DNA from: an uncultured Gammaproteobacteria bacterium
Lineage (GTDB): Bacteria > Patescibacteriota > Microgenomatia > Woykebacterales > RBG-16-39-9b
Assembly: GCA_965231125.1 (NCBI GenBank)
Contig: OZ246414.1
Coordinates: 81,739 to 145,738, forward strand
Length of the DNA stretch: 64,000 nucleotides
Reading direction: 5' to 3'
In this document: positions 1-10,216 of the stretch, in pieces
Layout of the letters: every line of letters starts with the position of its first letter
Position numbering within the stretch: position 1 is the first letter of the stretch
The notes under the pieces: generated by a model
What the model was told of the DNA's origin: nothing
What the model saw: only the letters and a program-made list of their open reading frames with translations
The model's database searches: none
Position numbers and translations under genes: made by a program

Positions 1-239
1 TTTATCACGACCAAAATCAAAAAGAGGCGGCTGAAAAAATAATCCAGAAAATGAACAAGGATGTTTATGAGGGCAAAATCGTCACTGAGCTTTCCCATTT
101 TGAAAAATTTTACCCGGCGGAAAATTATCACCAAGATTATTATGCGAAGAACTCTTCGGCCCCATATTGTCGTATTATAATCGACCCAAAAATCACAAAA
201 CTTTATAAGGAATTCAAAGAAATAACCAAGGAAAATTGA
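1..239 (+). CDS. msrA: peptide methionine sulfoxide reductase MsrA, C-terminal fragment (5' end outside window)
   Basis: The frame is open from position 3. The C-terminal motif FYPAENYHQDYYAKN matches the MsrA C-terminus (FYPAEDYHQ). Confidence 0.6.
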   Translation, partial: YHDQNQKEAAEKIIQKMNKDVYEGKIVTELSHFEKFYPAENYHQDYYAKNSSAPYCRIIIDPKITKLYKEFKEITKEN

Positions 240-862
240 ACATCTTGTCTATCTTTGATTCGTGGATTGATTGGCTTGGGCCTTTTCTAACCCACCACGG
301 CGCTTACGCGCCAATATTACTGCTGGTTCTCGAGGAAGCTGGCCTTCCTCTTCCAGTCCCCAGTGATGTTATCTTAGCTTACACAGGCTATCAGATTTCC
401 CAAGGCGTTCTTTCCTACTCGATCGCGTTCGGAGCACTTCTTGCGTCAGTACTGACAGGCTCATCAATATTGTACTACCTATCTTCAAAGTACGGAAAGA
501 TTCTTGTCCTTAAACTTGGGCATTATCTTCATCTAAACGAGCAGAAGTTGCTGGTTGTTGAGGAGCATTTTAAAAAATACGGGCCTTGGGCGATAATTTT
601 TGGCCGTCATATCCCCGGTTTTCGGATACCCATAACCGTTTTTGCCGGCATATCTGGGGTCAGCTATAAAACTTTCATCATCAGCACTTTTATTTCCGTT
701 GTCTTTTGGATTGCAGCGTACCTCTCCCTCGGTGAGCGGCTCGGGCCAAAAACCGTCAGCTTACTCCACACTAACCCATTATATCTTTTAGTTGCCTTTA
801 TTCCCTTTATCTTTTTCATCTGTTCCATTGCCTTTATCTATTTCAAAAATAGAAATAATTAA
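236..862 (+). CDS. DedA/SNARE-associated family membrane protein
   Basis: Polytopic membrane protein with a VPSDVILAYTGY-type DedA core motif. It overlaps the msrA stop by 4 nt. Confidence 0.55.
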   Translation: MNILSIFDSWIDWLGPFLTHHGAYAPILLLVLEEAGLPLPVPSDVILAYTGYQISQGVLSYSIAFGALLASVLTGSSILYYLSSKYGKILVLKLGHYLHLNEQKLLVVEEHFKKYGPWAIIFGRHIPGFRIPITVFAGISGVSYKTFIISTFISVVFWIAAYLSLGERLGPKTVSLLHTNPLYLLVAFIPFIFFICSIAFIYFKNRNN

Positions 863-918
863 ACTAACGTTGGGATTGGACACGTATGTTAATTAATGTA
901 TAATATGGAACCGTACGT

Positions 919-993
919 TCCGGCGTAGCTCAACGGTAGAGCAGGCGACTGTTAATCGTCTGGTTGTAGGTTCGAATCCTACCGCCGGAGCCA
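919..993 (+). tRNA. tRNA-Asn (anticodon GTT)
   Basis: Cloverleaf: acceptor TCCGGCG/CGCCGGA, anticodon loop CTGTTAA, T-loop GGTTCGAATCC, encoded CCA. Confidence 0.8.
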
Positions 994-1026
994 AACTTTT
1001 TAGCCTCATTTTTTTATTTCCTGAAA

Positions 1027-1072
1027 TACTCTCTTTTATTTAAATAGGAAAAGTGAAATGATTGACGGGTAA
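1027..1072 (+). repeat. 45-nt conserved intergenic element, copy 1 (a related copy lies at 2446..2490)
   Basis: TACTCTCTTTTATTTAAATAGGAAAAGTGAAATGATTGACGGGTAA is about 80% identical to TACTCTTTTATTTCCTTAGACAAAGTGAGATGATTTGTAAGTGG. Confidence 0.5.
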
Positions 1073-1094
1073 AACTGTAAGGGGGTGATTATTT

Positions 1095-1367
1095 ATGCCA
1101 ATAGGAACGTTCTTAGATTCAATGCCATCCGTCTTATTTATCTCAACCCATATAGTACTTCTTTTGATTGGTTTGTGGGCTGTCAAAAAAGCAATGGATA
1201 TGAAACTACCTTATGCCTCAGCTTTTTGGCTTTATCCGGTTGTGCACGTTGGATTCCTTGCCTACTTTGGAGGACTCTTTACGTTTAAGATGGCTGTCTT
1301 GCTCGAGCAAATGCTCATAGTGGTTATGGTACTTTGGATAGTTAGTAAAGCTCAGAAAGCAAGTTAG
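1095..1367 (+). CDS. small 3-TM membrane protein (paralog A)
   Basis: 90 aa, hydrophobic. A strong SD (AAGGGGGTGA) precedes the ATG. About 86% identical to the ORF at 2038..2310. Confidence 0.6.
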   Translation: MPIGTFLDSMPSVLFISTHIVLLLIGLWAVKKAMDMKLPYASAFWLYPVVHVGFLAYFGGLFTFKMAVLLEQMLIVVMVLWIVSKAQKAS

Positions 1368-1393
1368 GAATAAATTTTAACGATTTTTTTAAG

Positions 1394-1425
1394 AAAAACG
1401 ATTCGTGAGGGTCGTTTTTCTTTTC
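1394..1425 (+). terminator. rho-independent terminator
   Basis: Hairpin AAAACGA..TCGTTTT followed by a T-run, directly after the small ORF. Confidence 0.6.
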
Positions 1426-1520
1426 GTAAAAATTCCAATCAAATGTTCTAAGTGCGTCAAGTAGCGGGAGCCATGAACCAGTCACTTAGTTCCGGTTCAC
1501 GGCTTTACTAAAAACCCAGG

Positions 1521-1847
1521 TCACATCCCAGGTATTGGCAGCATTTCAAAGACATCAATAGAGGTTCCTGGTCTTTTTAAATGAGGATGCGTTTTCAGAA
1601 GTTCCAAGAGAGCTTCTTTCGATTCGCCTTCAACAATAGAGTATCCAGAAACTGGATTATCACCTTCTGTTATTCCTTCTGCGGTAACTCGTTTCACTAC
1701 CTGGAGTGGTAAGCCAAAATCCACTTTGAAGTTTTTACTAACCTCGTCTCTCCATTTCAGCCATTCATCCATACTGGCCTTTACCTGCTCGGGGCCAGCA
1801 TTAGACATTACTTCGCTTGCTGACTCCTCTGAATTGTAGAAAATCAT
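1521..1847 (-). CDS. hypothetical small cytoplasmic protein
   Basis: 108-aa ORF lying between the two paralog cassettes. No motif recognised. Confidence 0.4.
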   Translation of the reverse strand: MIFYNSEESASEVMSNAGPEQVKASMDEWLKWRDEVSKNFKVDFGLPLQVVKRVTAEGITEGDNPVSGYSIVEGESKEALLELLKTHPHLKRPGTSIDVFEMLPIPGM

Positions 1848-2037
1848 AAATTTCGCCGTAATACACCTCCAGTTAGTTTAACTACTTCCATGGTAGTGCT
1901 ACCATGCTAAAATCTCAAGCTTAAGTTACAACATAGGGATTTTAGCTTTGGCTTCTACCTTTAAAAATAACCACTACTCTTTTTTAAATATTCATATAAA
2001 ATGTTTGTTAGGCGAATAATAAAGGAGGTGATATTTT

Positions 2038-2310
2038 ATGCCGATAGGAACATTTCTAGATTCAATGCCTACAATCTTATTTATCTCGACCCATGTGGTT
2101 TTTCTATTGATTGGTCTGTGGGCTGTCAAAAAAGCTTTGGATATGAACCTACCATTTGCGAAGGCTTTTTGGCTCTATCCGTTGGTGCACATTGGATTTC
2201 TTTCCTACTTTGGGGGTATCTTTACGTTTAAGATGGCGGTTCTGCTCGAGCAAATACTTATAGTTATTATGGTTGTTTGGATAGTTAGTAAAGCCCAGAA
2301 AGCAAGTTAA
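2038..2310 (+). CDS. small 3-TM membrane protein (paralog B)
   Basis: 90 aa. SD AAGGAGGTGA. Near-identical to 1095..1367. Followed by a matching terminator at 2336..2368. Confidence 0.6.
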   Translation: MPIGTFLDSMPTILFISTHVVFLLIGLWAVKKALDMNLPFAKAFWLYPLVHIGFLSYFGGIFTFKMAVLLEQILIVIMVVWIVSKAQKAS

Positions 2311-2335
2311 AAATAGATTTTAATGACTTTTTGAA

Positions 2336-2368
2336 GAAAAACGATCCAAGACGGGTCGTTTTTCTTTT
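2336..2368 (+). terminator. rho-independent terminator (copy of 1394..1425)
   Basis: AAAACGATCC..GGGTCGTTTTTCTTTT. Confidence 0.55.
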
Positions 2369-2486
2369 GTTATGAAAAAGTATAAAAGATTCTAACGTCA
2401 TCTATTAAGCGGCGGCAGTGGTTTTTAACCTCCAATTTTCCCAGATTACTCTTTTATTTCCTTAGACAAAGTGAGATGATTTGTAA

Positions 2487-3368
2487 GTGGATGAAAAAAC
2501 GAATTCACCAAGCGGCTCTAAACGAAACTTAGTCTTGATTGGTTTAGGGGTGGCAATTCTTGCTCTTGCTTCGACTACTTGGGTTGCTTCGCAATATAAA
2601 ACTACAGCTTTAGAAAAAACTCCTACAACTTCAAAACAAACGAGGGCTACCAAATCTCCAAGCAAGGGGACAACCAAAACTACTGTTCCGAGTAAAGCAA
2701 AAACCAAAACTACAGTTATTGGCCCTGGGGAATCAGCCGAGGTCGACTGCGGCGTTGGTACTGGTGGTACCGAACCTCGATTAGATAGCAGTTCTAACCT
2801 CAAATTTACAACAATCGGTGGGGAGAAGAGAACTCTGAATGTCTACTTAGTGGATAAAGATTATAAACGTGCCGCTGGAGCTCGTCTGAAATGGACATTT
2901 GGGGATTGGGGCTTTGAGGGAAGTCTAGAAATTGATGGGTGTAGCGCGACTTTCACGCCACCCACTTCTATAGGTACAGCTTACAATGCTGGTGCCCATT
3001 TTTATATCAAGGCTGTCTTGCCTACCCCGCCTCCTTCTAAACCAGTTAGTCCAGGTGAGGCAGGACCAATTTTTGCTGGATATACACTTGAACAATCTAT
3101 ACTTGTTTATGACAGCAACAATGGCGGTTCGACTGGCTGTTATGATCCGGCCGGAGTTGCTATTTCTATTAATTCAGTCTCCACGTTCAGCAACGTGCAA
3201 ATAGTAGTAAATACTCCAAGGTACACTGGCCGTAGCTACAGCAGTCGAGTTGCAACAGTCCGTGATGGTCCAGGAACGTACGAGATATACTTCTATGTCA
3301 ACGGTTCTTTGTATGACTCTACCACCTCGCAAGTTGGGGAATGCCAGTTAGCAACGGTAAAACGGTGA
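2487..3368 (+). CDS. secreted/membrane-anchored hypothetical protein (GTG start)
   Basis: N-terminal TM helix (LVLIGLGVAILALA), then a Thr/Lys/Pro-rich linker and a Gly/Thr-rich domain. Confidence 0.45.
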   Translation: MDEKTNSPSGSKRNLVLIGLGVAILALASTTWVASQYKTTALEKTPTTSKQTRATKSPSKGTTKTTVPSKAKTKTTVIGPGESAEVDCGVGTGGTEPRLDSSSNLKFTTIGGEKRTLNVYLVDKDYKRAAGARLKWTFGDWGFEGSLEIDGCSATFTPPTSIGTAYNAGAHFYIKAVLPTPPPSKPVSPGEAGPIFAGYTLEQSILVYDSNNGGSTGCYDPAGVAISINSVSTFSNVQIVVNTPRYTGRSYSSRVATVRDGPGTYEIYFYVNGSLYDSTTSQVGECQLATVKR

Positions 3369-3380
3369 AATTGATAAAGG

Positions 3381-3986
3381 TTGCCCATGAAGAATAACAC
3401 AGGATTTTCAGTCATCATTCTATTGATCATTTTGGGACTAGTAGCGGGCGCTACGGTGTATGTTGCTAGGGAAAACCCCTCGATATTTAGAACCGTAGAA
3501 CAGAAACTCAAGACAATGATAACCCCAAAGCCACCGATTGGTAATCTAACACCCTCTCGCGACCTTAAGGGAACCTGGACTTCGGCCATTAGAGGCAAGG
3601 GAATCCAATTATACGGCCAATTCGCCACCGGACCTAGTACTACGAAAGTTTACGAAGATGGCGATGTTAAATTAGTAATAAATACGGTGAAGAACAATAT
3701 TGCTTATGGAAATATACGTTACACCAATCTGTGCTCTTCTGGCCAAACGTCTGTTCCCGGCTATGGCTATATTTCTGTACCAAAACAGTGCACCAGCGAT
3801 TCAGGGGCTAGGCCAATTCAAATAAGAGTTAGTGGTAGCCGGCTGGATTTTGGGACAATTGCCACTGGCAGTGCCACTTTTTCTATGCAGGGCAGTTATA
3901 CAACCCACATTATCTCTGGAACAATGACGATGACCACCTCTTATGGTGTTATTAAGGGGGAGTTCCATCTTAATCGTGTGCGATAG
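3381..3986 (+). CDS. secreted hypothetical protein
   Basis: N-terminal TM/signal anchor (FSVIILLIILGLVAGA). No known motif. Confidence 0.45.
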   Translation: MPMKNNTGFSVIILLIILGLVAGATVYVARENPSIFRTVEQKLKTMITPKPPIGNLTPSRDLKGTWTSAIRGKGIQLYGQFATGPSTTKVYEDGDVKLVINTVKNNIAYGNIRYTNLCSSGQTSVPGYGYISVPKQCTSDSGARPIQIRVSGSRLDFGTIATGSATFSMQGSYTTHIISGTMTMTTSYGVIKGEFHLNRVR

Positions 3987-4083
3987 CTAGATCAATTGTT
4001 GGATAAAAATTTCTAACATCGTTCACGACTCGGAGCCACGATTTTTAGCCTCAAATTTTAATACCTGGGAAGTCTGTTGCCGG

Positions 4084-4812
4084 CTAGCGGATTTGGAAGT
4101 TGACGGTTACGGTATAGGTAACTTCTTGCTCACCAGTTAATAAAACTGGAGGAGTAGAAGTTGAGGAGTCGCTACTAGGTACTGACTTTCCCTCTAGGGT
4201 TATAGGCCCACCAAACTGTGGTTCGGAAACTGAAATGACCTTCCCTACCTTAACTCCCAGCTCTTTCGCAGTTTGATCAGCTTTCGATCTTGCGTCAGAC
4301 AAGGCTTTACCACGAACCTCGCTTTCTAACTGTTTGCGGGTTTCATTGGCGAACGTACTTTGAGGGGAAACGCTATAAAGCGGACCTGTAATTGTTAAAT
4401 AATCAAGAATTTTTTGGGCTAAAACTTTATCGTTGATGGTAACTGTCAATGAGAACTGGGCAGTGATCTCATCAGTTTCTCGACCAGTTAACGGTTCGTA
4501 CCTTTTCTGGGTTGTAACATTAGTCTGAATAGATTTATCAGCAACTCCAAGTTTCTTTAACTTTGCCACCACACTATTACCTAGTTTTGAAACCTCGGAA
4601 ATAGCGGTGGTAGAATCTTTAGCCTTTTTCTCATAAACCGGTGAAAAAATAAATTCGTCTGGAGCTGCTTTGAGCGTTGCTTCCCCTTGGATTGAAATAG
4701 TTCGCTTTTCTGTACTTCCCCAAGGTCGCCAAACAAAAGCCATGGAAACAATAACAACTAGCAGTACCGCGCTTAAAATCCTAAAATCGAGTCGAAGGTT
4801 AATTGAACCCAT
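4084..4812 (-). CDS. SIMPL/DUF541 (BP26/YggE-like) periplasmic protein
   Basis: Signal anchor plus a pattern typical of SIMPL-domain proteins (ISIQGEATLKAAPDEFIFSPVYEKKAKDSTTAISE). Confidence 0.55.
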   Translation of the reverse strand: MGSINLRLDFRILSAVLLVVIVSMAFVWRPWGSTEKRTISIQGEATLKAAPDEFIFSPVYEKKAKDSTTAISEVSKLGNSVVAKLKKLGVADKSIQTNVTTQKRYEPLTGRETDEITAQFSLTVTINDKVLAQKILDYLTITGPLYSVSPQSTFANETRKQLESEVRGKALSDARSKADQTAKELGVKVGKVISVSEPQFGGPITLEGKSVPSSDSSTSTPPVLLTGEQEVTYTVTVNFQIR

Positions 4813-4915
4813 TTCCTTAATGCTAGCATATTTTTAGGAAAAAGTATAAAAATTTCTAACTTCCTTTACCAAACGGGGCCAATCATAGGCATTACAGACT
4901 TGATATAATTTCAGT

Positions 4916-5416
4916 ATGAAGAGTCAAGAGAAGAGGTACCGAGTAGACTCGTTTGTCGGAATAAAGAAAATACTTGACGAGGCCGGTGCGAAAAAAGGAA
5001 AAGAGATTGTCACGACACACTATTACGCCCAGCAAGATGGTAATGATGTCGTCAAGTTGGTGGATTATGACAATCGAAACGAGATTCATATTCTTAAAGA
5101 ATCAGATGGAAATTTTTCTCTCACTGAAAAAATACCAGTAGAAAGTGTCGATGTGGGTTTAAAATGGCTTGAAGACAAAGGGTACGAAACAGTTGACGTT
5201 GTTAAGATGATTTATACAGACTACGAATACAAAGGTGGTTTGGTCGGTCTGTACATAATTGACGATTTTCTCCATTCTGTAATTCTAGATTTTCCGCCCG
5301 GACAACATAAAGCGATAGGAAAAGGGTTTGGGTTGAGTAACGCCGAAATCATTAGCGTTCCGTATAATAAATATCTTAAAGAAATTGGTCGTCTCCGCTC
5401 AATGAAACTTAGTTAA
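4916..5416 (+). CDS. hypothetical protein, possibly CYTH-like
   Basis: 166 aa, soluble, acidic. Only weak resemblance to CYTH/class IV cyclase proteins. Confidence 0.25.
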   Translation: MKSQEKRYRVDSFVGIKKILDEAGAKKGKEIVTTHYYAQQDGNDVVKLVDYDNRNEIHILKESDGNFSLTEKIPVESVDVGLKWLEDKGYETVDVVKMIYTDYEYKGGLVGLYIIDDFLHSVILDFPPGQHKAIGKGFGLSNAEIISVPYNKYLKEIGRLRSMKLS

Positions 5417-5427
5417 TAGGAGATTTT

Positions 5428-5901
5428 CTAAGTATGGCGGTCGGCAATTTTAGTGGCCCCGAAGGATTCCGGCTTAATTTTAAATTCAAAACCGCTACCT
5501 AAAACCATTCCGGTCACCCAACGAATCATGTCTCGTGTGGCACCATCTTCCCCAACGTCAAGATGAACCTCTGGCTCGTAGCCAGAAAGTCCGTTGTGTT
5601 GAAAAGTATCGCGAAGTTTCCAGGCAAGTTCAATTGAAAGTTGAGTTTCTTTTGCAATTCTTTCTTGAATGGAAAAAGTTTTTTGGGAAGTATTTCTTTG
5701 CCAAAAGTACACTCCACCTTTGCCAAGTCGGTGCACCACTACGGCCGTGGCAAACTCGACGTGAGAATTTCTCGCTTCAGAATCTGTCCCGACAATAATT
5801 TTATATTTAAAATTAGCGTCTTCTTTTATATAACCGGCCACTTTTTTTATCATTTCCTCGTAGCTTAAAGACCCAAGAGTCGGCGAGATAAAATTATCCA
5901 T
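5428..5901 (-). CDS. DUF458/YkuK-like RNase H-fold protein
   Basis: KIIVGTDS..HVEFATAVVVH motif pattern of the YkuK family. Confidence 0.4.
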   Translation of the reverse strand: MDNFISPTLGSLSYEEMIKKVAGYIKEDANFKYKIIVGTDSEARNSHVEFATAVVVHRLGKGGVYFWQRNTSQKTFSIQERIAKETQLSIELAWKLRDTFQHNGLSGYEPEVHLDVGEDGATRDMIRWVTGMVLGSGFEFKIKPESFGATKIADRHT

Positions 5902-5945
5902 AAAGGGCTATTTTACAATTTTTTGGCCGCTTTGCCAAGTTTGAC

Positions 5946-6404
5946 TTAAAGAAAACTTTTGAGAATGGTTATACCGCTTCCCCAAACTAACCCCGTCCAA
6001 AGTATCGAATTGGCGTATGTGCCGGCGACAAGCAAAGCTTTGGCTCTGGCTCCTCTAAAATTTAGAAGTCGAAAAGCCAGCGCCAATGGAAAGGGCCCCG
6101 CCGAAAAAACTAGCGGCAAGAGACTTGCTTCTGTACCTACTTTGAGAGATTTTTGATATGAGGGCGGTAATCTTTCAATCCAGTGGTTCACTTTGTCCAA
6201 TGCTCCTTCCGCAAAAAGGCTCTCGTAAAAAAACAAAACCAAAACACTTGCCAGAGTCCCCATAACTATAGTGGCCGGCACCACCCCAAAAAGGGCAATT
6301 AAACTTATGGTAAGAAATTTAAACAGGGTTACCGGTAGTGGTCCGTTAATTGGTCCGGGCCAGATACTTGCGGCGATTGCGAGGCGAAGTGTTCTCGACA
6401 TCAT
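5946..6404 (-). CDS. small polytopic membrane protein (COG2426-like)
   Basis: Four predicted TM segments. No catalytic motif. Confidence 0.35.
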   Translation of the reverse strand: MMSRTLRLAIAASIWPGPINGPLPVTLFKFLTISLIALFGVVPATIVMGTLASVLVLFFYESLFAEGALDKVNHWIERLPPSYQKSLKVGTEASLLPLVFSAGPFPLALAFRLLNFRGARAKALLVAGTYANSILWTGLVWGSGITILKSFL

Positions 6405-6501
6405 AGAAAGTTAGTTACCTACTCAAGATAATCTTTTAGTTTCTTTAGCCCGCGACCTGTCCGCCGGCAGGCGGGAGTGGTCGCAAGAAGCTGACACCTT
6501 T

Positions 6502-7563
6502 TTACTCTAAGTAGTCCTTAAGCTTCTTTGATCTTGTCGGGTGACGCAACTTTCGCAGTGCCTTGGCTTCTATTTGGCGGATTCGCTCCCGAGTTACTCC
6601 AAACTCCCGTCCTACTTCTTCCAAAGTGCGCTGGCGGCCGTCTTCTAAACCAAAGCGCAACTTTAAAACTTTTTTTTCTCGGTCATTAAGAGTGTCTAAA
6701 ACCTCGGAAAGGTGCGATTTAAGTAACTCAACGCTGGCTTGGTCTTCAGGACGGATTTCTTCATCCGGAATAAAATCTCCTAAAGTGGAGTCTTTTTCCT
6801 CACCAACTGGCGCTTCCAAACTTGTTGGCTGCTGGGAAACTTTTATAATTTCTCGAACCTTTTCCGGCTCAATTTCCATTTCCGCTGCAATTTCCTCTGG
6901 AGTCGGCTCGCGGCCCAGTTCTTGCATCAGCATCCGGCTAACCCGGATAAAACGGTTGATTGTCTCAACCATGTGCACCGGAATCCGGATAGTTCTTGCT
7001 TGGTCGGCAATTGCCCGAGTAATCGCTTGACGAATCCACCAAGTGGCGTAAGTCGAAAATTTATACCCTTTACGCCAGTCAAACTTTTCCACCGCCCTCA
7101 TTAAACCGATGTTGCCTTCTTCGATAAGATCCAGCAGTGAGAGCCCCCGACCAACGTATTTCTTGGCAATTGAAACAACAAGTCTTAAGTTAGAATTTAT
7201 CAGGCGCTCTTTGGCTTTCGCATCGCCACGTTCGGATCTTTTTGCTAGATCGGTTTCTTCCAAAGCTGTCAGAAGAGGCACGCGGCCTATCTCTTTCAAG
7301 TACATTCTAACTGGATCGGTAATTTGAACTTTACCAAGAGTCTCAATAACCTCTATCTCTTTTTCCAGTTCTCCCGCCTTTTTTTCCTCCCCAATTTCAA
7401 AAACGTCGACCCCTTCCTCAGCAAGTCTTGTGTAAAGCTCGTCCAGTGCTATTACATCCACCTCTGCCTCTGGGAAAATTTCCAAAATATCATCCTGAGT
7501 AACAAAACCCTGGTCTTTCCCTTTTTTAATTAAATCTTGAACTGTTTTAAGTGCTTTAGCCAT
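6502..7563 (-). CDS. rpoD: RNA polymerase primary sigma factor (sigma-70 family, short form)
   Basis: Region 2-4 motifs ([47 protein letters not shown], region 4 helix-turn-helix). Lies immediately downstream of dnaG. Confidence 0.9.
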   Translation of the reverse strand: MAKALKTVQDLIKKGKDQGFVTQDDILEIFPEAEVDVIALDELYTRLAEEGVDVFEIGEEKKAGELEKEIEVIETLGKVQITDPVRMYLKEIGRVPLLTALEETDLAKRSERGDAKAKERLINSNLRLVVSIAKKYVGRGLSLLDLIEEGNIGLMRAVEKFDWRKGYKFSTYATWWIRQAITRAIADQARTIRIPVHMVETINRFIRVSRMLMQELGREPTPEEIAAEMEIEPEKVREIIKVSQQPTSLEAPVGEEKDSTLGDFIPDEEIRPEDQASVELLKSHLSEVLDTLNDREKKVLKLRFGLEDGRQRTLEEVGREFGVTRERIRQIEAKALRKLRHPTRSKKLKDYLE

Positions 7564-7565
7564 AA

Positions 7566-9350
7566 TTAGCGAGATTCGCTTTTAAGTTGGGTGAGTTGGA
7601 GTGAAAGATCACGAAATTGTTTAGTTAAATTTTGTATCTTAGTTTCTTGTGAAACAGCTTCCGCTTGCTTGATTTCTAGTCCCAGCTTGCGCAGTTTCGT
7701 TCGTAAGTTTAACTCTTTGATTCGGCTCATGCAAGAGGAGATTTCTTTTTCTGAGCTTTCCGGGGAACCCTCTATCTCTTCACCAAGGTCATACAATATC
7801 GACTCGTCGTACAAAGGAAGAAGGCTTTCTGGAACTTGATTAGAAAAAGTTTTTAATTTTAGCCGACCTTCACTTTTAACTTGGTTTTTAATAAGCTTGA
7901 ATAAAGATTTTGTTTCTTCTTTATAGAAAAATTCTTCGGACAATTCTGCAGGTAAAACTCCGGTCTGTAAAACTAGCACCAGCAAATATTTTTCTAAGAT
8001 ATCTATCCTACTGCTTTTGGCGGCAGGGGTCTGTTCCACGACAGCCTGTTCAGTGTAACCGGCCGTGGTAACCGCTGTCCTTGGCAAGTATTTTTTCAAA
8101 TCGGCTCTTACTGCCTCTTCACTAACATCCAAAAGAGCGGCTATTTTTTGAATGTAATGGTCGCGACTAATTTCGTCGGCGATTTTCGCAATAAAAGGCA
8201 GAACTTCTTTTGAGATTTGCCGTTTACCTTCCGCTTCAGTTAGGTTAGATTGTCGAGCGGCCACGCTAATAACGAAATCGTAAACTGGTACAGCCTTTTT
8301 TATTCTCTCCTTCCAGACAGTTGGGTTTTTCCGAATTAAAAGATCTGGGTCTTTATCTTCGCCGAGTTCAATAACTTTGACAGAAAATCCTGCCTCTTCA
8401 GCAAGTTCAATTCCTCTTTTGGCGGCGGAACCGCCGGCAATATCCACGTCAAACCCAAATAACAGTTTATCGGCGGTTCTTCTTAAAATAGTAAGCTGCT
8501 TTTCTGTCAAAGCAGTTCCCAAGGGCGCAACCGTGTTGGTAACTCCAACTTGGTGGGAAGAAATAACGTCCAGGTTTCCTTCAACCAAAATCGCCGTCTT
8601 TTGCCGGCTTATTTCCCCTTTGGCTAGATCGATACCATAAAGGGAATTACTTTTGTTAAACACGATGCTATCGGGGGAATTTAAATATTTTGGCTCGCGC
8701 GAACCAAGAGCTCTACCAGAAAAAGCAACTACCCGTCCTTGGGAATCTTTAATCGGGAACATCACCCGACCTTTAAACCTGTCAAAATTTTTATTGCCGT
8801 CACCGGAAACGCTCACCCCAGCTGCTCCCAGATCTTCTTTCGAAAAACCTTTTTTAAAGAAAAAACGCGTCGCCAAATCTTGCCTTTCCGGGGCAAAACC
8901 GAGTTGAAATTTTTTTATTGAGGGGTCCGAGATTTTTCTCGCGTGCAGGTATCCAAGGGCCGCTTTTCCCACCTCATGCTTTGTTAGAAGGAAATTGTAA
9001 AGCTCGGCCGCGAGTTTGTTTATCGAAAATATCAGTTCTCTTCTCTTCTCAATTCCGCTCGGTTTATACTCCTTCAGTTGCACACCGGCTCGGGCGGCAA
9101 GTTTCCTAATCGCCTCCCCGAACTCTACACCATCTGCTCTTTTTACAAAAGCAAAAACATCTCCGCCCTCCCCGCAACCAAAACATTTAAAAATTTGCCT
9201 GTCGGCCGAAACCATAAAGGAGGGGGTCTTTTCAGCATGAAAAGGGCACAGTGCCTTGTAGTTGCGCCCGGCTTTTTTCAAAGATACATACTCGCCAATT
9301 AAAGCAACAATATCTACCTTACGTTTTATCTCTTCTATCTGATTATCCAT
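7566..9350 (-). CDS. dnaG: DNA primase
   Basis: CHC2 zinc finger ([20 protein letters not shown]) and Toprim (VEGNLDV) motifs. The start is set at [11 protein letters not shown], because the 34-aa upstream extension in the ORF track overlaps tRNA-Ser. Confidence 0.9.
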   Translation of the reverse strand: MDNQIEEIKRKVDIVALIGEYVSLKKAGRNYKALCPFHAEKTPSFMVSADRQIFKCFGCGEGGDVFAFVKRADGVEFGEAIRKLAARAGVQLKEYKPSGIEKRRELIFSINKLAAELYNFLLTKHEVGKAALGYLHARKISDPSIKKFQLGFAPERQDLATRFFFKKGFSKEDLGAAGVSVSGDGNKNFDRFKGRVMFPIKDSQGRVVAFSGRALGSREPKYLNSPDSIVFNKSNSLYGIDLAKGEISRQKTAILVEGNLDVISSHQVGVTNTVAPLGTALTEKQLTILRRTADKLLFGFDVDIAGGSAAKRGIELAEEAGFSVKVIELGEDKDPDLLIRKNPTVWKERIKKAVPVYDFVISVAARQSNLTEAEGKRQISKEVLPFIAKIADEISRDHYIQKIAALLDVSEEAVRADLKKYLPRTAVTTAGYTEQAVVEQTPAAKSSRIDILEKYLLVLVLQTGVLPAELSEEFFYKEETKSLFKLIKNQVKSEGRLKLKTFSNQVPESLLPLYDESILYDLGEEIEGSPESSEKEISSCMSRIKELNLRTKLRKLGLEIKQAEAVSQETKIQNLTKQFRDLSLQLTQLKSESR

Positions 9351-9360
9351 CAAATTTGAA

Positions 9361-9450
9361 TGGCGGAGGGGGTGGGATTTGAACCCACGATACCCTTGCG
9401 GGCATGCACGCTTTCCAAGCGTGTGCACTAGGCCACTATGCGACCCCTCC
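9361..9450 (-). tRNA. tRNA-Ser (anticodon GGA), type II with long variable arm
   Basis: The reverse complement gives GGAGGGGTCGCATAGTGG...CTTGGAAAG (anticodon GGA)...GGGTTCAAATCCCACCCCCTCCGCCA. Confidence 0.8.
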
Positions 9451-9568
9451 AAGTTCAGCCATTATACCAGAAAAATAAATTAACTTGACTAGACAAGCAA
9501 GCAGTAGTATTATTTGTTCCACAAGGACAGAGGTTTGTTTGGTCGGGCAAAAAGGAAGGAAGGTGCAC

Positions 9569-10051
9569 ATGAAACTCCGAGGAATCTTGACGATGCTATT
9601 CGCGATGTTCGCTTTCGCGCTCACCATCGTCGCGGCTCTCGCCGGTACGAGTGCTTCGTACGCGGTGCCGGCAACACAAGGCATCAAGACGACAAGCCAC
9701 CGACGCAGCTTGCTGGCAACGCTGCTGTTACCTGTAGCGTTCCTCGCAGGTCTACTGCTGACAATCACCAACATCAACGTGACGACGTCAACCGACACAC
9801 CGACGGACACACCGACCGCAAAACACCGCAGATGGGGCCTGTTCGCTCTGATCACTGGAGCAATCGGCGCTCTCATGCTGCTGTTACGACTGTCGACAAC
9901 CGGCACCGACGATCGAGTTCCGATCGAACGTCTGCAAACGCACCTTGACCAGAGCAGGTCGGGCGCGGGGACGAAGGGCGACGGCGACGTTCATCACAAA
10001 GAGGTCAACTACACGACTCCTGTTCCGGTAGCGGCTCCCGCCGGCACGTGA
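9569..10051 (+). CDS. hypothetical 3-TM membrane protein encoded in a high-GC (about 62%) mini-island
   Basis: ORF from MKLRGILTMLF. Codon usage is GC3-rich, unlike neighbouring genes. Confidence 0.4.
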   Translation: MKLRGILTMLFAMFAFALTIVAALAGTSASYAVPATQGIKTTSHRRSLLATLLLPVAFLAGLLLTITNINVTTSTDTPTDTPTAKHRRWGLFALITGAIGALMLLLRLSTTGTDDRVPIERLQTHLDQSRSGAGTKGDGDVHHKEVNYTTPVPVAAPAGT

Positions 10052-10216
10052 ACATCGACGATCGGTACGTAAGCGCTCCTTTCCTTCCTTTCCGGTCGGA
10101 ACTGAGGCGCTCTAGCTAACTACTTAACCCGCTGGTTATTAAGTAGTTCAGTAACCAAGAACCAGCAAGTTTTCATCAGGACGTCCTGGCCCGACCACCA
10201 ACCTCGTCCTGTCTCA

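Noticed and set aside
1085-2231. Alternate-frame ORFs 1085..1288 and 2001..2231
   Set aside because: They overlap the duplicated small membrane protein genes in a different frame, and lack an SD. The 90-aa frames have strong SDs and paralog conservation.
6563-9302. Numerous 60-150-aa antisense or alternate-frame ORFs inside rpoD, dnaG, groEL, valS, virB4 and the giant ORF
   Set aside because: They are embedded in well-supported longer genes, have no SD and show low-complexity translations. They are typical shadow ORFs.
9351-9452. 34-codon N-terminal extension of the dnaG ORF (MEGSHSGLVHTLGKRACPQGYRGF...)
   Set aside because: It lies entirely across the tRNA-Ser(GGA) gene on the same strand. 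The conserved primase N-terminus begins at the internal Met (9350).
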